Below are positions 20,245 to 30,025 of a stretch of DNA of 64,000 bases, piece after piece. How positions within the stretch are numbered: position 1 is the stretch's first letter; each line of letters starts with the position of its first letter. This DNA is from Flavobacteriales bacterium (GTDB taxonomy: Bacteria > Bacteroidota > Bacteroidia > Flavobacteriales_F > PHOS-HE28). The notes beneath the pieces were generated by a model. The model did not search any database and had not been told where the DNA came from. It saw nothing but the letters and a program-made list of their open reading frames with translations. A program made the position numbers and the translations under genes. The stretch spans positions 14,711 through 78,710 of the forward strand of contig JBDTSG010000013.1 of the NCBI GenBank assembly GCA_039931265.1, read 5' to 3'.

Positions 20245-21198
20245 ATGAAAGTCATCGACCATCTGCGTGCGGCTGAAGGCACGTTGCTCTCCTTCGAGAT
20301 CCTCCCACCGCTGAAAGGCCGGGATATCCGCAGCATTTACGAGGGCATCGACCCGCTGATGGACTTCAAGCCCAGTTTCATCAATGTCACCTATCACCGT
20401 GAAGAGGTGATCTATAAGGAGCGTGGGCATGGCCTGCTGCAGAAGATCCGCCTGCGCAAGCGGCCCGGAACCGTCGGCATTTGCGCCATGATCAAGGCGA
20501 AGTACAACGTTGACAGCGTGCCGCATTTGATCTGCGGTGGTTTCAGCAAAGAGGACACCGAGGATGCGCTGATCGAGCTCAATTTCCTGGGGATCGACAA
20601 TGTGCTGGCCTTGCGTGGGGATGCCGTCAAGAGCGAACCGCACTTCATACCCGAACGCGACGGCCACGCACATGCTGTTGAGCTGATCGAGCAGATCAAT
20701 GGCTTGAACAAAGGGAAGTACATGTACGAGGAGGAACAGGAAGCGGCGCCCACGGACCTATGTGTTGGCGCGGCGTGCTACCCGGAAAAGCACCCGGAGG
20801 CGCTGAACATGAGCACGGACATGGCCTACCTGAAGAAGAAGGTGGATGCGGGTGCGGAGTACTTGGTCACACAGATGTTCTTCGACAACCGCAAGTACTT
20901 CTCCTTCGTTGCCGAGTGCCGTGCCAACGGCATCAACGTGCCGATCATCCCCGGCCTCAAGCCCATCACCAACCTCAAGCAGACCAAGTTCCTGCCCAAG
21001 ACTTTCCACATCGACCTGCCCGTGGAATACACCGATGCGCTGGAGCGTTGCAAGGATGATGAAGCCGTGAAGCAGATGGGCATCGCATGGGGCGTTCAGC
21101 AAGCCAAGGAACTGAAAGCCGCGGGAGCACCTTGCCTGCATTTCTATACCATGGGTCGCAGCGAAGCGGTGCGCGCCATCGTGGAGCAGGTGTTCTGA
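20245..21198 (+). CDS. metF: methylenetetrahydrofolate reductase
   Basis: LSFEILPPLKGRDIRSIYEGIDPL...FINVTYH N-terminal signature, FLGIDNVLALRGD. 317 aa. AAGGAG lies 8 nt upstream of the ATG. Confidence 0.85.
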   Translation: MKVIDHLRAAEGTLLSFEILPPLKGRDIRSIYEGIDPLMDFKPSFINVTYHREEVIYKERGHGLLQKIRLRKRPGTVGICAMIKAKYNVDSVPHLICGGFSKEDTEDALIELNFLGIDNVLALRGDAVKSEPHFIPERDGHAHAVELIEQINGLNKGKYMYEEEQEAAPTDLCVGAACYPEKHPEALNMSTDMAYLKKKVDAGAEYLVTQMFFDNRKYFSFVAECRANGINVPIIPGLKPITNLKQTKFLPKTFHIDLPVEYTDALERCKDDEAVKQMGIAWGVQQAKELKAAGAPCLHFYTMGRSEAVRAIVEQVF

Positions 21199-21314
21199 AC
21201 GGTCCGGCACGGCCACGATCATTGACGCTTTTTGGCGGCTTCGGCCCGGGACGTTCCTATCGTCTTCGGATACCTTCGGGCCTCATACATCAAAAGTCTT
21301 ATCCCTCTCGCACC

Positions 21315-21947
21315 ATGATCACCAAAGCCCTGCTCTCCATCGGCGCCCTGACATTGCTGGCCGCCGCACCGCACGAACTCGTAACCCTTACGGTCGGCGC
21401 CGACCTGCCCAAGCCCGACCAGGCCATGATGGACGTAAAGGGCAAGGAACTCACCTTGAAACAGATCGCAGGGACCAATGGTCTCTTGGTCATCTTCAGT
21501 TGCAACACATGCCCCTTCGTAGTGGGAAGCGAGGGCAGCGAGGGATGGGAAGGACGCTACCCGGCTTTGGGGGAATTGTGCAAGAAGAACAGCATCGGTT
21601 TCGCGCTTGTGAACAGCAATGAAGCAAAGCGCGGCGACGATGACAGCCTCGACAAAATGCGCGACCACTACCGTGCGAAAGGATACATCGGACACTATCT
21701 GGTGGACAAGGACCATGTGGTGGCGGATGCCTTCGGTGCGCGCACGACCCCGCATGTGTATTTGTTCGACAAGAACATGAAGCTGGCATACATCGGTGCG
21801 ATCGACGACAACGTGGGGAGCGCATCGGCCGTTACTGCCCATTACCTCAACGATGCGATCGGCAACATGGTCGCCGGCAAACCGATCGATCCCTCCACTA
21901 CGCGCAACAAGGGTTGCAGCATCAAACGCGTCGAGCACGTCGAGTGA
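21315..21947 (+). CDS. TlpA/AhpC-TSA-like thioredoxin-fold protein (thiol-disulfide oxidoreductase family), secreted
   Basis: ATG at 21315 (MITKALLSIGALTLLAAAP signal). FSCNTCPFV redox-active CxxC-type motif. The family fold ends ...TTPHVYLFDKNMKLAYIGAIDDN. The track ORF from 21087 overlaps the metF 3' end. Confidence 0.7.
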   Translation: MITKALLSIGALTLLAAAPHELVTLTVGADLPKPDQAMMDVKGKELTLKQIAGTNGLLVIFSCNTCPFVVGSEGSEGWEGRYPALGELCKKNSIGFALVNSNEAKRGDDDSLDKMRDHYRAKGYIGHYLVDKDHVVADAFGARTTPHVYLFDKNMKLAYIGAIDDNVGSASAVTAHYLNDAIGNMVAGKPIDPSTTRNKGCSIKRVEHVE

Positions 21948-22092
21948 AGATGGGGTTCTGGACCGTGGGCGGTGCTTGTTCATTGCACGCGGTTCATCAC
22001 TCGCCACGCTCTCCCTTCACACCCTGTCGATAAGTTGTTTCGCGATCCGGCACGGGCGCACCTTCCTTTGCGCCACTGAAAAACGGAACGGC

Positions 22093-23406
22093 ATGAACGT
22101 GTTATTGATCGGAGCAGGCGGACGCGAACACGCCATGGCGTGGAAGATCGCGCAGAGCACGTTGCTCGATGCGTTGTACGTGGCACCCGGCAACCCGGGC
22201 AGCGTACGACACGGGCGTTCGGCAGCGGTCGACATCAACAACCACAAAGCGCTGCGCGCTTTCCTTTTGGAGAAGGACATCAGCATGGTGGTGGTGGGCC
22301 CTGAGCAACCGCTGGTGGACGGCTTGCATGATCGCATCGCCGACGACCCGCAATTGAAGAACGTAACGGTGATCGGTCCGCGCAAGGAGGGCGCACGCCT
22401 GGAAGGCAGCAAGGAGTTCGCGAAGGACTTCATGTTCCGCCACAACATTCCCACGGCCGCGCATCGCAGCTTCGGAAAGGACGAGCAGGCTGCTGCCATC
22501 GAACACCTGCAGAAGATCCCGGCCCCCTACGTGATCAAGGCCGATGGCCTCGCATCGGGCAAGGGCGTGGTGATCACCAGGGACATCAAGGAGGCCGAAC
22601 GAGCCATCAAAGGCATGCTCAGTGGCAAGAGCTTCGGAGCGGCTGGCGAGAAGGTCGTGGTCGAACAATTCCTCAACGGCACGGAAGTCAGCGCTTTCCT
22701 CATCACCGACGGTGAGGCTTTCAAGATGCTGCCGGCTGCACGCGATTACAAACGCGTGGGCAATGGCGATACCGGACCCAACACCGGCGGTATGGGTGCG
22801 GTTAGCCCCGTGCCAACGGCCGACAAGGACTTCATGCAGAAGGTGCACGACCGGGTAGCGGCACCAACGGTGCGCGGATTACGCGAGGATGGTATCCCTT
22901 ATCAAGGCTTCATTTTCATGGGTCTCATGAACGTGAACGGCGAGCCCTATGTGATCGAGTACAACGTGCGTCTCGGGGATCCCGAGACGCAAGTAGTGCT
23001 TCCTCGTCTGCGAAGCGATCTGCTCGACCTGTTCGAGGGGATCGCAACCGGCACACTGAGCGAACGCCATGTGGATGTGGACGATCGCACGGCCGTCAGC
23101 GTGGTGCTGGCAGCCGATGGTTACCCCGGCGAGTACACGTCAGGCAAACCGATAACAGGTATGGAACTGGTGAAGGACGCTTACGTCTTCCAAGCCGGAA
23201 CCACCCAAAAGGGCGAACGCCTTTTGACATCGGGCGGCCGGGTAATGGCCGTTACGGCATTCGGCAAGGACGTGGAACATGCGATCACGAAAGCCTACCT
23301 CGCAACAACCGTGATCAATTACGAAGGGAAAATGTGCCGCAGCGATATCGGGCACGATCTGGTTCGGAAGCCAGTGGTCAAAACCCCGGCCCCGCAACAG
23401 GTGTGA
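22093..23406 (+). CDS. purD: phosphoribosylamine--glycine ligase
   Basis: ATG at 22093 (MNVLLIGAGGREHAMAWKIAQS). ATP-grasp motifs VIKADGLASGKGVVI and EYNVRLGDPETQ. 437 aa. Confidence 0.9.
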   Translation: MNVLLIGAGGREHAMAWKIAQSTLLDALYVAPGNPGSVRHGRSAAVDINNHKALRAFLLEKDISMVVVGPEQPLVDGLHDRIADDPQLKNVTVIGPRKEGARLEGSKEFAKDFMFRHNIPTAAHRSFGKDEQAAAIEHLQKIPAPYVIKADGLASGKGVVITRDIKEAERAIKGMLSGKSFGAAGEKVVVEQFLNGTEVSAFLITDGEAFKMLPAARDYKRVGNGDTGPNTGGMGAVSPVPTADKDFMQKVHDRVAAPTVRGLREDGIPYQGFIFMGLMNVNGEPYVIEYNVRLGDPETQVVLPRLRSDLLDLFEGIATGTLSERHVDVDDRTAVSVVLAADGYPGEYTSGKPITGMELVKDAYVFQAGTTQKGERLLTSGGRVMAVTAFGKDVEHAITKAYLATTVINYEGKMCRSDIGHDLVRKPVVKTPAPQQV

Positions 23407-23415
23407 ACCGGCTCA

Positions 23416-23595
23416 AATGTGTTCGCCCTTCTCCTTCGCACGGCGGTTATACCGGCTCTGGAGCATCAGCCAATAGATCGCACCAAGGGCCATCACGATA
23501 GTGAAGATCGATACCGGTCCCCAGCCCCAAGGAGTGATGAACCAGCCAAGGAGCTTTTGCGCGATGTGGCCGAAGCCGAACCAGAAATCCGTCAT
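23416..23595 (-). CDS. possible small membrane protein (~60 aa)
   Basis: It is the C-terminal part of the 23413..24114 minus ORF and starts at an internal ATG (MTDFWFGFGHIAQKLLGWFITPWGWGPVSIFTIVMALGAIYWLMLQSRYNRRAKEKGEHI). One clear TM helix and a basic tail. It is convergent with purD. The upstream part of that ORF looks like antisense noise. Confidence 0.25.
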
Positions 23596-23686
23596 GGTGC
23601 AGTGTGCTGTGGTGGTCTGCCGGTCCGGCAGGCGCGCGCAAATATAGCCGCACACTTTTCCTCCCGTTGCTTCGGCCACGAAACAC

Positions 23687-24667
23687 ATGACCGGCCCCCG
23701 TTTCCTAGCCGCACCGTTCCGAACGGACCAGCCATTGGTTCTGGTGATACTCCTTCCGGTGCTTGGCCTCCTTTGGTGGGGCCAGTTTGTGTTGCCCGCA
23801 CCAAGGGCCGATGTTGGCGGCATGCCGCTGTTCACTTTCCTGGCGACGACCACGGCTGCGTGGCCTTGGCTGCAGGCGTTGCTGGGTGTCTCCGCCATCG
23901 CCTTTCTCGCGCCTCTGTTGGCGAGCACGGCGAATAACGCCGAACTGTTCGATCGGCGCAACAGGTTGCCCGCCATACTGCTGATCTTGCTCATGGGGCT
24001 TGGCGGGGGCATGCTGTTCTCCCCCGCGTTGTGCGGCATGCTTCCTCTTTTGTTCGCCCTTCGCCGGGCATTTGCCATACAGGGCGGTAGCAACGTGAAC
24101 GGCGCTTTGTTCAACGCCGGTGTGCTTATCGGGATCGCAGCGTTGTTCTACTTGCCATATGGCTTCATGGTGGTGGCCGTGTGGGCTGCGGTCAGTGTCA
24201 TGCGGCCCTTCGATTGGCGCGAATACGCCATGCCCTTGGCCGGCGCTGCGCTGACGTTCTATTTCTGCTGGGGCGTTATGCGGTTATCGGGGGTGCCCGG
24301 TATGCGCCCGTTCGCCAGTATCAGCGAAGCGTTGCACCCTGCGCTCCCGACCGGGAAACTCCTTGCACTTATGCTCGTTGTGCTGCTTCCTTTTGCAGCG
24401 CTCGGCATACTGGGTTATGTGCGTAGCTACAAGGGCAGCGTGATGCGCGAACGAAACAGCCGCTCCGCTTTCCTTGCATTGTGCTGGTCGCTCTTGGCGG
24501 TGATAGCCTTGGAGGCGATCGTGCATCGCACCTTCCCCTTTGTGCTCGCGGCAGTGCCTTTCGCGGTGCTTTTCACCTATCCCGTGCTGGTGACACGCCG
24601 CACATGGCTCGCCGAAGTGGCTTTTCTTGCTTTGTTGGTCATCGGCTGCGCTGTGCAGTGGGGTTGA
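23687..24667 (+). CDS. hypothetical polytopic membrane protein
   Basis: 326 aa with ~9 hydrophobic segments and no recognisable motif. Same strand as purQ downstream. The exact start is uncertain. Confidence 0.45.
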   Translation: MTGPRFLAAPFRTDQPLVLVILLPVLGLLWWGQFVLPAPRADVGGMPLFTFLATTTAAWPWLQALLGVSAIAFLAPLLASTANNAELFDRRNRLPAILLILLMGLGGGMLFSPALCGMLPLLFALRRAFAIQGGSNVNGALFNAGVLIGIAALFYLPYGFMVVAVWAAVSVMRPFDWREYAMPLAGAALTFYFCWGVMRLSGVPGMRPFASISEALHPALPTGKLLALMLVVLLPFAALGILGYVRSYKGSVMRERNSRSAFLALCWSLLAVIALEAIVHRTFPFVLAAVPFAVLFTYPVLVTRRTWLAEVAFLALLVIGCAVQWG

Positions 24668-24732
24668 GCCGCGCGGGGCCGGACAGCATTCTATTTTCGC
24701 CACCGCCAAGGCACCGATCAAAGCACTCATCC

Positions 24733-25422
24733 ATGAAATGCGGAGTAGTCACTTTCCCGGGTTCGAATTGCGATGAGGACATGGTGCATGTGCTTGAGGC
24801 CCTAACTGGCAAGCCCGTTGAGCGGCTCTGGCACAAGGAGCACGATCTGCGCAACTGCGAGCTGATCGTATTGCCCGGGGGATTCAGTTACGGTGACTAC
24901 TTGCGCAGCGGCGCCATCGCGCGTTTCTCCCCCATCATGCAGGAGGTGGCCGCGCATGCGAAAGTGGGGGGGCTTGTCTTCGGCGTATGCAACGGTTTCC
25001 AAGTGTTGTGCGAAGCCGGGCTTCTGCCCGGTGCACTGCTCCACAACAGCGGACAGCAGTTCGTTTGCCGCAATGTTTTCATCAAGCCCCAAACAAAGGA
25101 CAGCGCCATAACCGGTGCGTTGAAGGGCAATGCCCTGCGCATTCCGATTGCTCATGGCGAAGGCCGCTACCATGCCAGCGCAGAAGTGCTGAAGGGATTG
25201 AACGGGGAGCAGCAAGTGCTCTTCCGCTATTGCAATGCCGTGGGCAACATCACCCCGGATGCCAACCCCAACGGAAGTGCGGAGAGCATCGCTGGTGTGT
25301 GCAACACCGGCCGCAATGTGTTCGGTATGATGCCGCACCCCGAGCGCGCCACCGATCCACGCTTAGGGAACACCGATGGCAAGGCGATCTTCACCGGACT
25401 CTTGCAAACGGTGGTGGCTTGA
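24733..25422 (+). CDS. purQ: phosphoribosylformylglycinamidine synthase subunit PurQ (glutaminase)
   Basis: ATG at 24733 (MKCGVVTFPGSNCDEDM). GFSYGDY, catalytic GVCNGFQVL, and HPER near the C-terminus. 229 aa. Confidence 0.85.
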   Translation: MKCGVVTFPGSNCDEDMVHVLEALTGKPVERLWHKEHDLRNCELIVLPGGFSYGDYLRSGAIARFSPIMQEVAAHAKVGGLVFGVCNGFQVLCEAGLLPGALLHNSGQQFVCRNVFIKPQTKDSAITGALKGNALRIPIAHGEGRYHASAEVLKGLNGEQQVLFRYCNAVGNITPDANPNGSAESIAGVCNTGRNVFGMMPHPERATDPRLGNTDGKAIFTGLLQTVVA

Positions 25423-27504
25423 TGTCCCCGTTCGGCGGAACACGGCGGTGAGTTTGTGGGTTTTGCGCGGGTCGATGGTGATCACGTCGCTCCCCTCCAA
25501 CTGTTTCCACCCTGCGAACTCAAACCCTTCGGCGGCCACGGCCTTCAGCCGCAGCGGCACTCCGCTGAAGGCGGTGAGCCGCGCAGGCAGCGCGGGCAAC
25601 GGCAAGTCCTCCACCTCCACGTGTCCGCCACTGCGCGGGTCCGCCGCTACGGTGATCGTGCGCAGGCCCAGGCCGGTGCGTTCGGAAAGTTGCTCAAAGA
25701 CATGCGGGCCACGTTGCTCGAAGAAGTCGAACAGCGCATCGCGGGCCTCGGCTGGTGCGGGCATCTCCATCTCCCCGCTCCAGCGTGAATGGTCGCGCAC
25801 AAGTGCGTCGGCATGCACGCGGTAGAGGCTGTCGACCGCTGCGCGGGCGGATCCGTTGGCCAGGACGGTGGCAAGTAAAGCGCTCATGCGCGCCAGCAGG
25901 CGATCGCGCATCGTGGGCGCGTGCAGCAACTGTGGCAGGTAAGGAGCCACGGGTGCGGCTTCGGCGCACATGCGCGCCAGGCTGTTGTCATCAGCAGGTG
26001 CCCAAAGGTCCATGTCGTAGAGGACCCAACGCCACTTTCCATCGGGCACCTTCGGCCGCCAACAGCGCACGTTCAGGTCGTGGTCGGCGCGACCGGTCCA
26101 GAGATCGAAACATGCGAGGTCAATGAGGCTGGGCACATCGATGAGCGTTTCCAACGTGTCCAGTTGTGCGCCATCAAGCAGTGCTTCATAGGCCGCGTGG
26201 AAATGCTTACGGTCGCCATCCACTTTGCGCAGCGATGGACCGTGCAGGACATCGAGTGCTTCGTAGTGGTGGACGGTACACAACCAATCTTCGTCCTTCG
26301 GCGGCATCCAACGGTACAGGCCACGGTAGTCACCATCCAGATACAATTCCACCGGTAGCGAGGCCTGCACATCCACGTGGCTGCCGGTCGCCTTCACAAC
26401 GCATTCCATGAAGCGGTTCCGCAGGAACGCGTGCGGCGTGGCATCAGCTCTCAGGATGGCTTCATTGCCTTCGTCCAAGCCAGGCCAGGGCAACTTGCCA
26501 TGCCCGCGTGCTTCCAGTTTCAAATTGCGTTTCGGGAAGCTGCGCGATCCACTGCCGCTTTCGCGTAATCGCACTTCGCAGATACCCGGAGCGCTGAACC
26601 CGAACAGCTCCACCGTACCATCGGAAGAGGCCTTGTCCCTGCCATCCGGCGGTGATCCGCTCACCGCAACCCACGGGGTGCTCAATAACGTGGTGATGTA
26701 CGTTCCTGTGAACGTAGTGCTCGGCAATGCGCCTTCGGCGAACGAGCGCGCCCTGATCACCGTATTGTCTTCAATGGCGATCGGTGCGGTGTAGTTGAAC
26801 CCGTTCTGCTCCGTTGGCTCGGAGCCATCGCGTATGAAGCGCACCGAAGTGCCTTTGCCGTTGCCCATTTCGATCAGCGATCCCTTGGCAACGATCCCGC
26901 CAGGTGGTTGCGCCTGCGGTGGTGCGCTTACGGCGCGCAAGGTTGGCTCCGGAGCGTTCCGGATGCCGAAGCTTGGAGAGGAGAAGAAGCTCCACCCGGT
27001 GCCACCGTCGGGCTGCCGCCCAATGGACACCCCAGCAGGCATGGCGGGCCAAGTGAAGAGGTCCAGGATCGATGAACCATCGGCGGAGATCAGGAGGAGG
27101 GTGCCACCGGTACTCGGGAGTCCGAAACCGATGTGTGGTGGATCCGCGTCCGCTGCCTTTCCGAAGACAATTACGGAGCGTTCGTTGGCCCCCAGGATCA
27201 CATGTTGTTCCAGTGTGGCGGTCCGTTCATTCAGGCTGAAGCGAAGGCCGGAAAGATCCGCAGGGCGTTCGCCCGTATTGAGCAGCTCAACACGATCGGG
27301 GCCTTCGCCCGCACATTGCAGCTCGTTGATCACTACGCGTTGGGCGCTGCCCGCCAAGGCGGAAGTCAGCGCAACAGCAAGCGGAATGCAACGGACGATG
27401 TTCACCGGCCCAAAGTAGCGGGTGGCAGCACCACGGGCCCTCCTACATTTGGGCGCCCCGCCGTTTGGCGGACAACGAAACCGTTCCACCATGATACGAT
27501 CCAT
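25363..27504 (-). CDS. CotH-kinase-family protein with N-terminal lamin-tail domain (LTD)
   Basis: LTD signature VVINELQCAG...ELLN...DLSG. CotH region LPVELYLDGDYRGLYRWMPPKDEDWL...WRWVLYDMDLW. Candidate starts are the ATGs at 27504 and 27492 or the GTG at 27405. The two ATG choices overlap the 5' end of the divergent gene at 27491, so the GTG at 27405 is plausible. Confidence 0.65.
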   Translation of the reverse strand: MDRIMVERFRCPPNGGAPKCRRARGAATRYFGPVNIVRCIPLAVALTSALAGSAQRVVINELQCAGEGPDRVELLNTGERPADLSGLRFSLNERTATLEQHVILGANERSVIVFGKAADADPPHIGFGLPSTGGTLLLISADGSSILDLFTWPAMPAGVSIGRQPDGGTGWSFFSSPSFGIRNAPEPTLRAVSAPPQAQPPGGIVAKGSLIEMGNGKGTSVRFIRDGSEPTEQNGFNYTAPIAIEDNTVIRARSFAEGALPSTTFTGTYITTLLSTPWVAVSGSPPDGRDKASSDGTVELFGFSAPGICEVRLRESGSGSRSFPKRNLKLEARGHGKLPWPGLDEGNEAILRADATPHAFLRNRFMECVVKATGSHVDVQASLPVELYLDGDYRGLYRWMPPKDEDWLCTVHHYEALDVLHGPSLRKVDGDRKHFHAAYEALLDGAQLDTLETLIDVPSLIDLACFDLWTGRADHDLNVRCWRPKVPDGKWRWVLYDMDLWAPADDNSLARMCAEAAPVAPYLPQLLHAPTMRDRLLARMSALLATVLANGSARAAVDSLYRVHADALVRDHSRWSGEMEMPAPAEARDALFDFFEQRGPHVFEQLSERTGLGLRTITVAADPRSGGHVEVEDLPLPALPARLTAFSGVPLRLKAVAAEGFEFAGWKQLEGSDVITIDPRKTHKLTAVFRRTGTSSHHRLQESGEDRLAIGVP

Positions 27505-28984
27505 ACTCTTCTCCACGACGATCGCGGCAGGCCTGCTGGCGAATGCCCAGAACCTGAACAACATTACGTGGAACCCCGCTACCCCTGATGAATGCGACTA
27601 CGTTGAAATGACCTTGGTCGGCAATTTTCCGGGGCAGAATTATCAGGCGGATAACTACACGCTCACCCCTGTCGGGTTCACTATCACGGTGGATATCAAT
27701 TGCAGTGGCAGCGGTGGCGGCAACCCGGCACCTTTCAGCCAAGCGATACCGGCAAGTGGCCCTTATCCGGCAGGCACCTATGCAGTGATCGGGCGGTTGT
27801 TCATCAACGGGAACCAAGTGGACACATGGAACGGCAACAAGACCGTGACCGCATCGCCCGATCCCGATCCCGGTGGATACAACGAGACGACCGTTTGCAA
27901 TACCGACCCCAATGCGCAGCTGATCAGCTTCCTCGCCGGTACGCCTGATCCAGGAGGTTCATGGCTCGATCCCAATGGCGTTGCCATACCCAACGGCACG
28001 TTCGAGCCAGGGGTGAGCCAGCCGGGGTTCTATACCTACGAGTTCAACCAGAACGCGCCCTGCATCGATACCAGCCAGCAGGTGCTGATCACCTACGAGA
28101 TCAATACCAATGCCGGTAGCAACGGTACGCAAACGGTTTGCGTGAACGCGGCACCGTTCAACTTGTTCGCTGCCTTGGGTGGTACGCCCGATGCGGGCGG
28201 GTCGTGGACCTATCAAGGCAATGGGATCAGCAGCACGTTCACTCCCGGAACCAGCGCGGCCGGTGTTTACACATACACCGTTGCGGGTATTGCACCCTGC
28301 AATGATCCTACCGCCACGGTTACGGTCACGGTGGTGCAGCCGGCCAACCCCGGGGTAGGTGGTTCCGTTGCGATCTGCGAAACGGATACGGCTTTCCTGT
28401 TGAACAGCATGCTTACCGGAAATCCGGGTCAATCAGGTGCTTGGTACGATCCGAACGGATTCCTGATGGCCGGTGGATGGAACGCCGTTGTGAACGCGCT
28501 CATCGATTTCCAGGGCAACTTCGAGTACCGTGTCACCAACGCCCCTTGCGCTCCCTCGGTCGCGGTCGTATCGGTGTCGTTCACCAACGCCGAACCGCCT
28601 TGCGGAACAGCCGATTGCTTGGGTGTGCCGAACGGAACGGCCGTACCGGGTTCCCCTTGCAACGATGGCAACGCCAACACGCTATGGGATGAATGGACAC
28701 CGAACTGCGATTGCGTTGGTTCGTTGATCGGCATCGAAGAGCCGGAAGCTGCTGCCGCACTCGTGCTGCAACCGAACCCGGCAACGGATGCGATCACCAT
28801 CGAAAGCCCCGAAGGGTTGGTTATCGGCTACGAACTGGTAGCCATTGATGGCCGCACTGTGCGCACCGAAACGTTGCAGGCCCACCGCGTTGTGGTGCAA
28901 CGGAACGGTATCGCTGCAGGCACTTATCGCATCACCATCCGCTTCGCCGATGGTCGTGCTACCCGCACTGTCGTGTTCGAGTAA
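27491..28984 (+). CDS. secreted repeat protein (LGGTPDxGGxW repeats) with T9SS type A C-terminal sorting domain
   Basis: ATG at 27491 (MIRSILFSTTIAAGLLANAQ signal). Repeats FLAGTPDPGGSWLDPNG and ALGGTPDAGGSWTYQGNG have the same repeat type as in 15066..18038. The C-terminus LVLQPNPATDAITIE...GTYRITIRFADGRATRTVVFE is a type A domain. Confidence 0.7.
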   Translation: MIRSILFSTTIAAGLLANAQNLNNITWNPATPDECDYVEMTLVGNFPGQNYQADNYTLTPVGFTITVDINCSGSGGGNPAPFSQAIPASGPYPAGTYAVIGRLFINGNQVDTWNGNKTVTASPDPDPGGYNETTVCNTDPNAQLISFLAGTPDPGGSWLDPNGVAIPNGTFEPGVSQPGFYTYEFNQNAPCIDTSQQVLITYEINTNAGSNGTQTVCVNAAPFNLFAALGGTPDAGGSWTYQGNGISSTFTPGTSAAGVYTYTVAGIAPCNDPTATVTVTVVQPANPGVGGSVAICETDTAFLLNSMLTGNPGQSGAWYDPNGFLMAGGWNAVVNALIDFQGNFEYRVTNAPCAPSVAVVSVSFTNAEPPCGTADCLGVPNGTAVPGSPCNDGNANTLWDEWTPNCDCVGSLIGIEEPEAAAALVLQPNPATDAITIESPEGLVIGYELVAIDGRTVRTETLQAHRVVVQRNGIAAGTYRITIRFADGRATRTVVFE

Positions 28985-28998
28985 CCCGGATCTGCCCT

Positions 28999-29036
28999 GC
29001 GGAAGCCCTTCGACTTGTCGGGGGGCTTCCGCATTT
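28999..29036. terminator. GC-rich hairpin (GCGGAAGCCC / GGGCTTCCGC, 10-bp stem) between convergent genes
   Basis: A perfect inverted repeat at 28999..29008 and 29023..29032 is followed by ATTTC. It sits 15 nt after the 28984 stop and upstream of the minus-strand CDF gene's 3' end. Confidence 0.45.
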
Positions 29037-29065
29037 CAGGCAGTGCCTCTTGGTCCGCAATGGCT

Positions 29066-29998
29066 TCAGTGCTCCACAGCGCATTGTTCGCCGGGCATCT
29101 CCAATTCAATGGTCGCGTGGTGTACGCCCATTCCGTGGAGAACCGCCCGGGCCTCCTGTTTCACCCGGAGCATGCCTGCCTGATCCGCTCCGGTGGCAGT
29201 GATGTGCAAGGTGAGCACGGTGTAGTTCCCGTCCAGGGTCCACGCGTGTTGGTCGTGCACATCGGTAACGTTCGTGATCCGCATCAATCGTTCGCGCACA
29301 GCGCTCTCATCGAGGCCGATGGGGGCCGCCTGCATGAGGATGTCGGTGCCTTGGCGCAGTGTGCGCACCGCGTTATAAAGGATGTACAAACTGATGCCGA
29401 TGCTCAACAGTGGATCGATCCACACCCAGCCGGTGAGCATGAGCACGAACGCACCAATGAGCACTGCTACCCAACCGAGCACATCTTCCAGCAGGTGGAA
29501 GTACATGGCCCGTTCGCTGAGGCTATGGCCACCGTGCAAGCGTAACGCCGCGAACCCGTTGAAGGCAATGCCGACGATCGCCAACAGCAGCATGCCGCTC
29601 GCATGGGGTGTTCCCGGATGCCAAAGCGCGGGTATGGCATTCCACAACATCAGCACGGCGCCCACGATCAGCACACCCGCGCCGAGCCAGCCGCCCAAAG
29701 CACTGTAGCGTCCGTACCCATAGGAGTAGCGCGCATCGCGCCCCTTCATCGCCAACCCTTGCAGCCACCATGCGGCACCCAGCACAACGGCATCACCCGT
29801 ATCGTGCACGGCATCCGTCAGCACCGCCAAGCTCCCCGTCCAGAATCCACCGAACGTTTCCAAAATGGCGAACGCAACGTTGAGGAAGAAGGCCGTGCGC
29901 AACGCGCCGGTGGTCGGCGTGTGTGCATGATGATGCGTATGACCATCCGTGTGGTCGTGCGCAGGATGCGTGTGCGCGTGATCGTGCATGCGGAGCAA
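29066..29998 (-). CDS. cation diffusion facilitator (CDF) family divalent-metal efflux transporter (CzcD-like)
   Basis: His-rich N-terminus MHDHAHTHPAHDHTDGHTHHH. Six TM helices with the CDF signature FGGFWTGSLAVLTDAVHDTGD. Cytoplasmic C-terminal domain. 310 aa. Confidence 0.85.
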   Translation of the reverse strand: MLRMHDHAHTHPAHDHTDGHTHHHAHTPTTGALRTAFFLNVAFAILETFGGFWTGSLAVLTDAVHDTGDAVVLGAAWWLQGLAMKGRDARYSYGYGRYSALGGWLGAGVLIVGAVLMLWNAIPALWHPGTPHASGMLLLAIVGIAFNGFAALRLHGGHSLSERAMYFHLLEDVLGWVAVLIGAFVLMLTGWVWIDPLLSIGISLYILYNAVRTLRQGTDILMQAAPIGLDESAVRERLMRITNVTDVHDQHAWTLDGNYTVLTLHITATGADQAGMLRVKQEARAVLHGMGVHHATIELEMPGEQCAVEH

Positions 29999-30025
29999 CG
30001 AAAGTAGCGGCGCGGGCGATGGTGC

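Noticed and set aside
23413-24114. 233-aa minus-strand ORF
   Set aside because: The upstream two-thirds overlap the plus-strand membrane-protein gene and read as noise. Only the last ~60 codons, from the ATG at 23595, look like a real small membrane protein; they are reported separately at low confidence.
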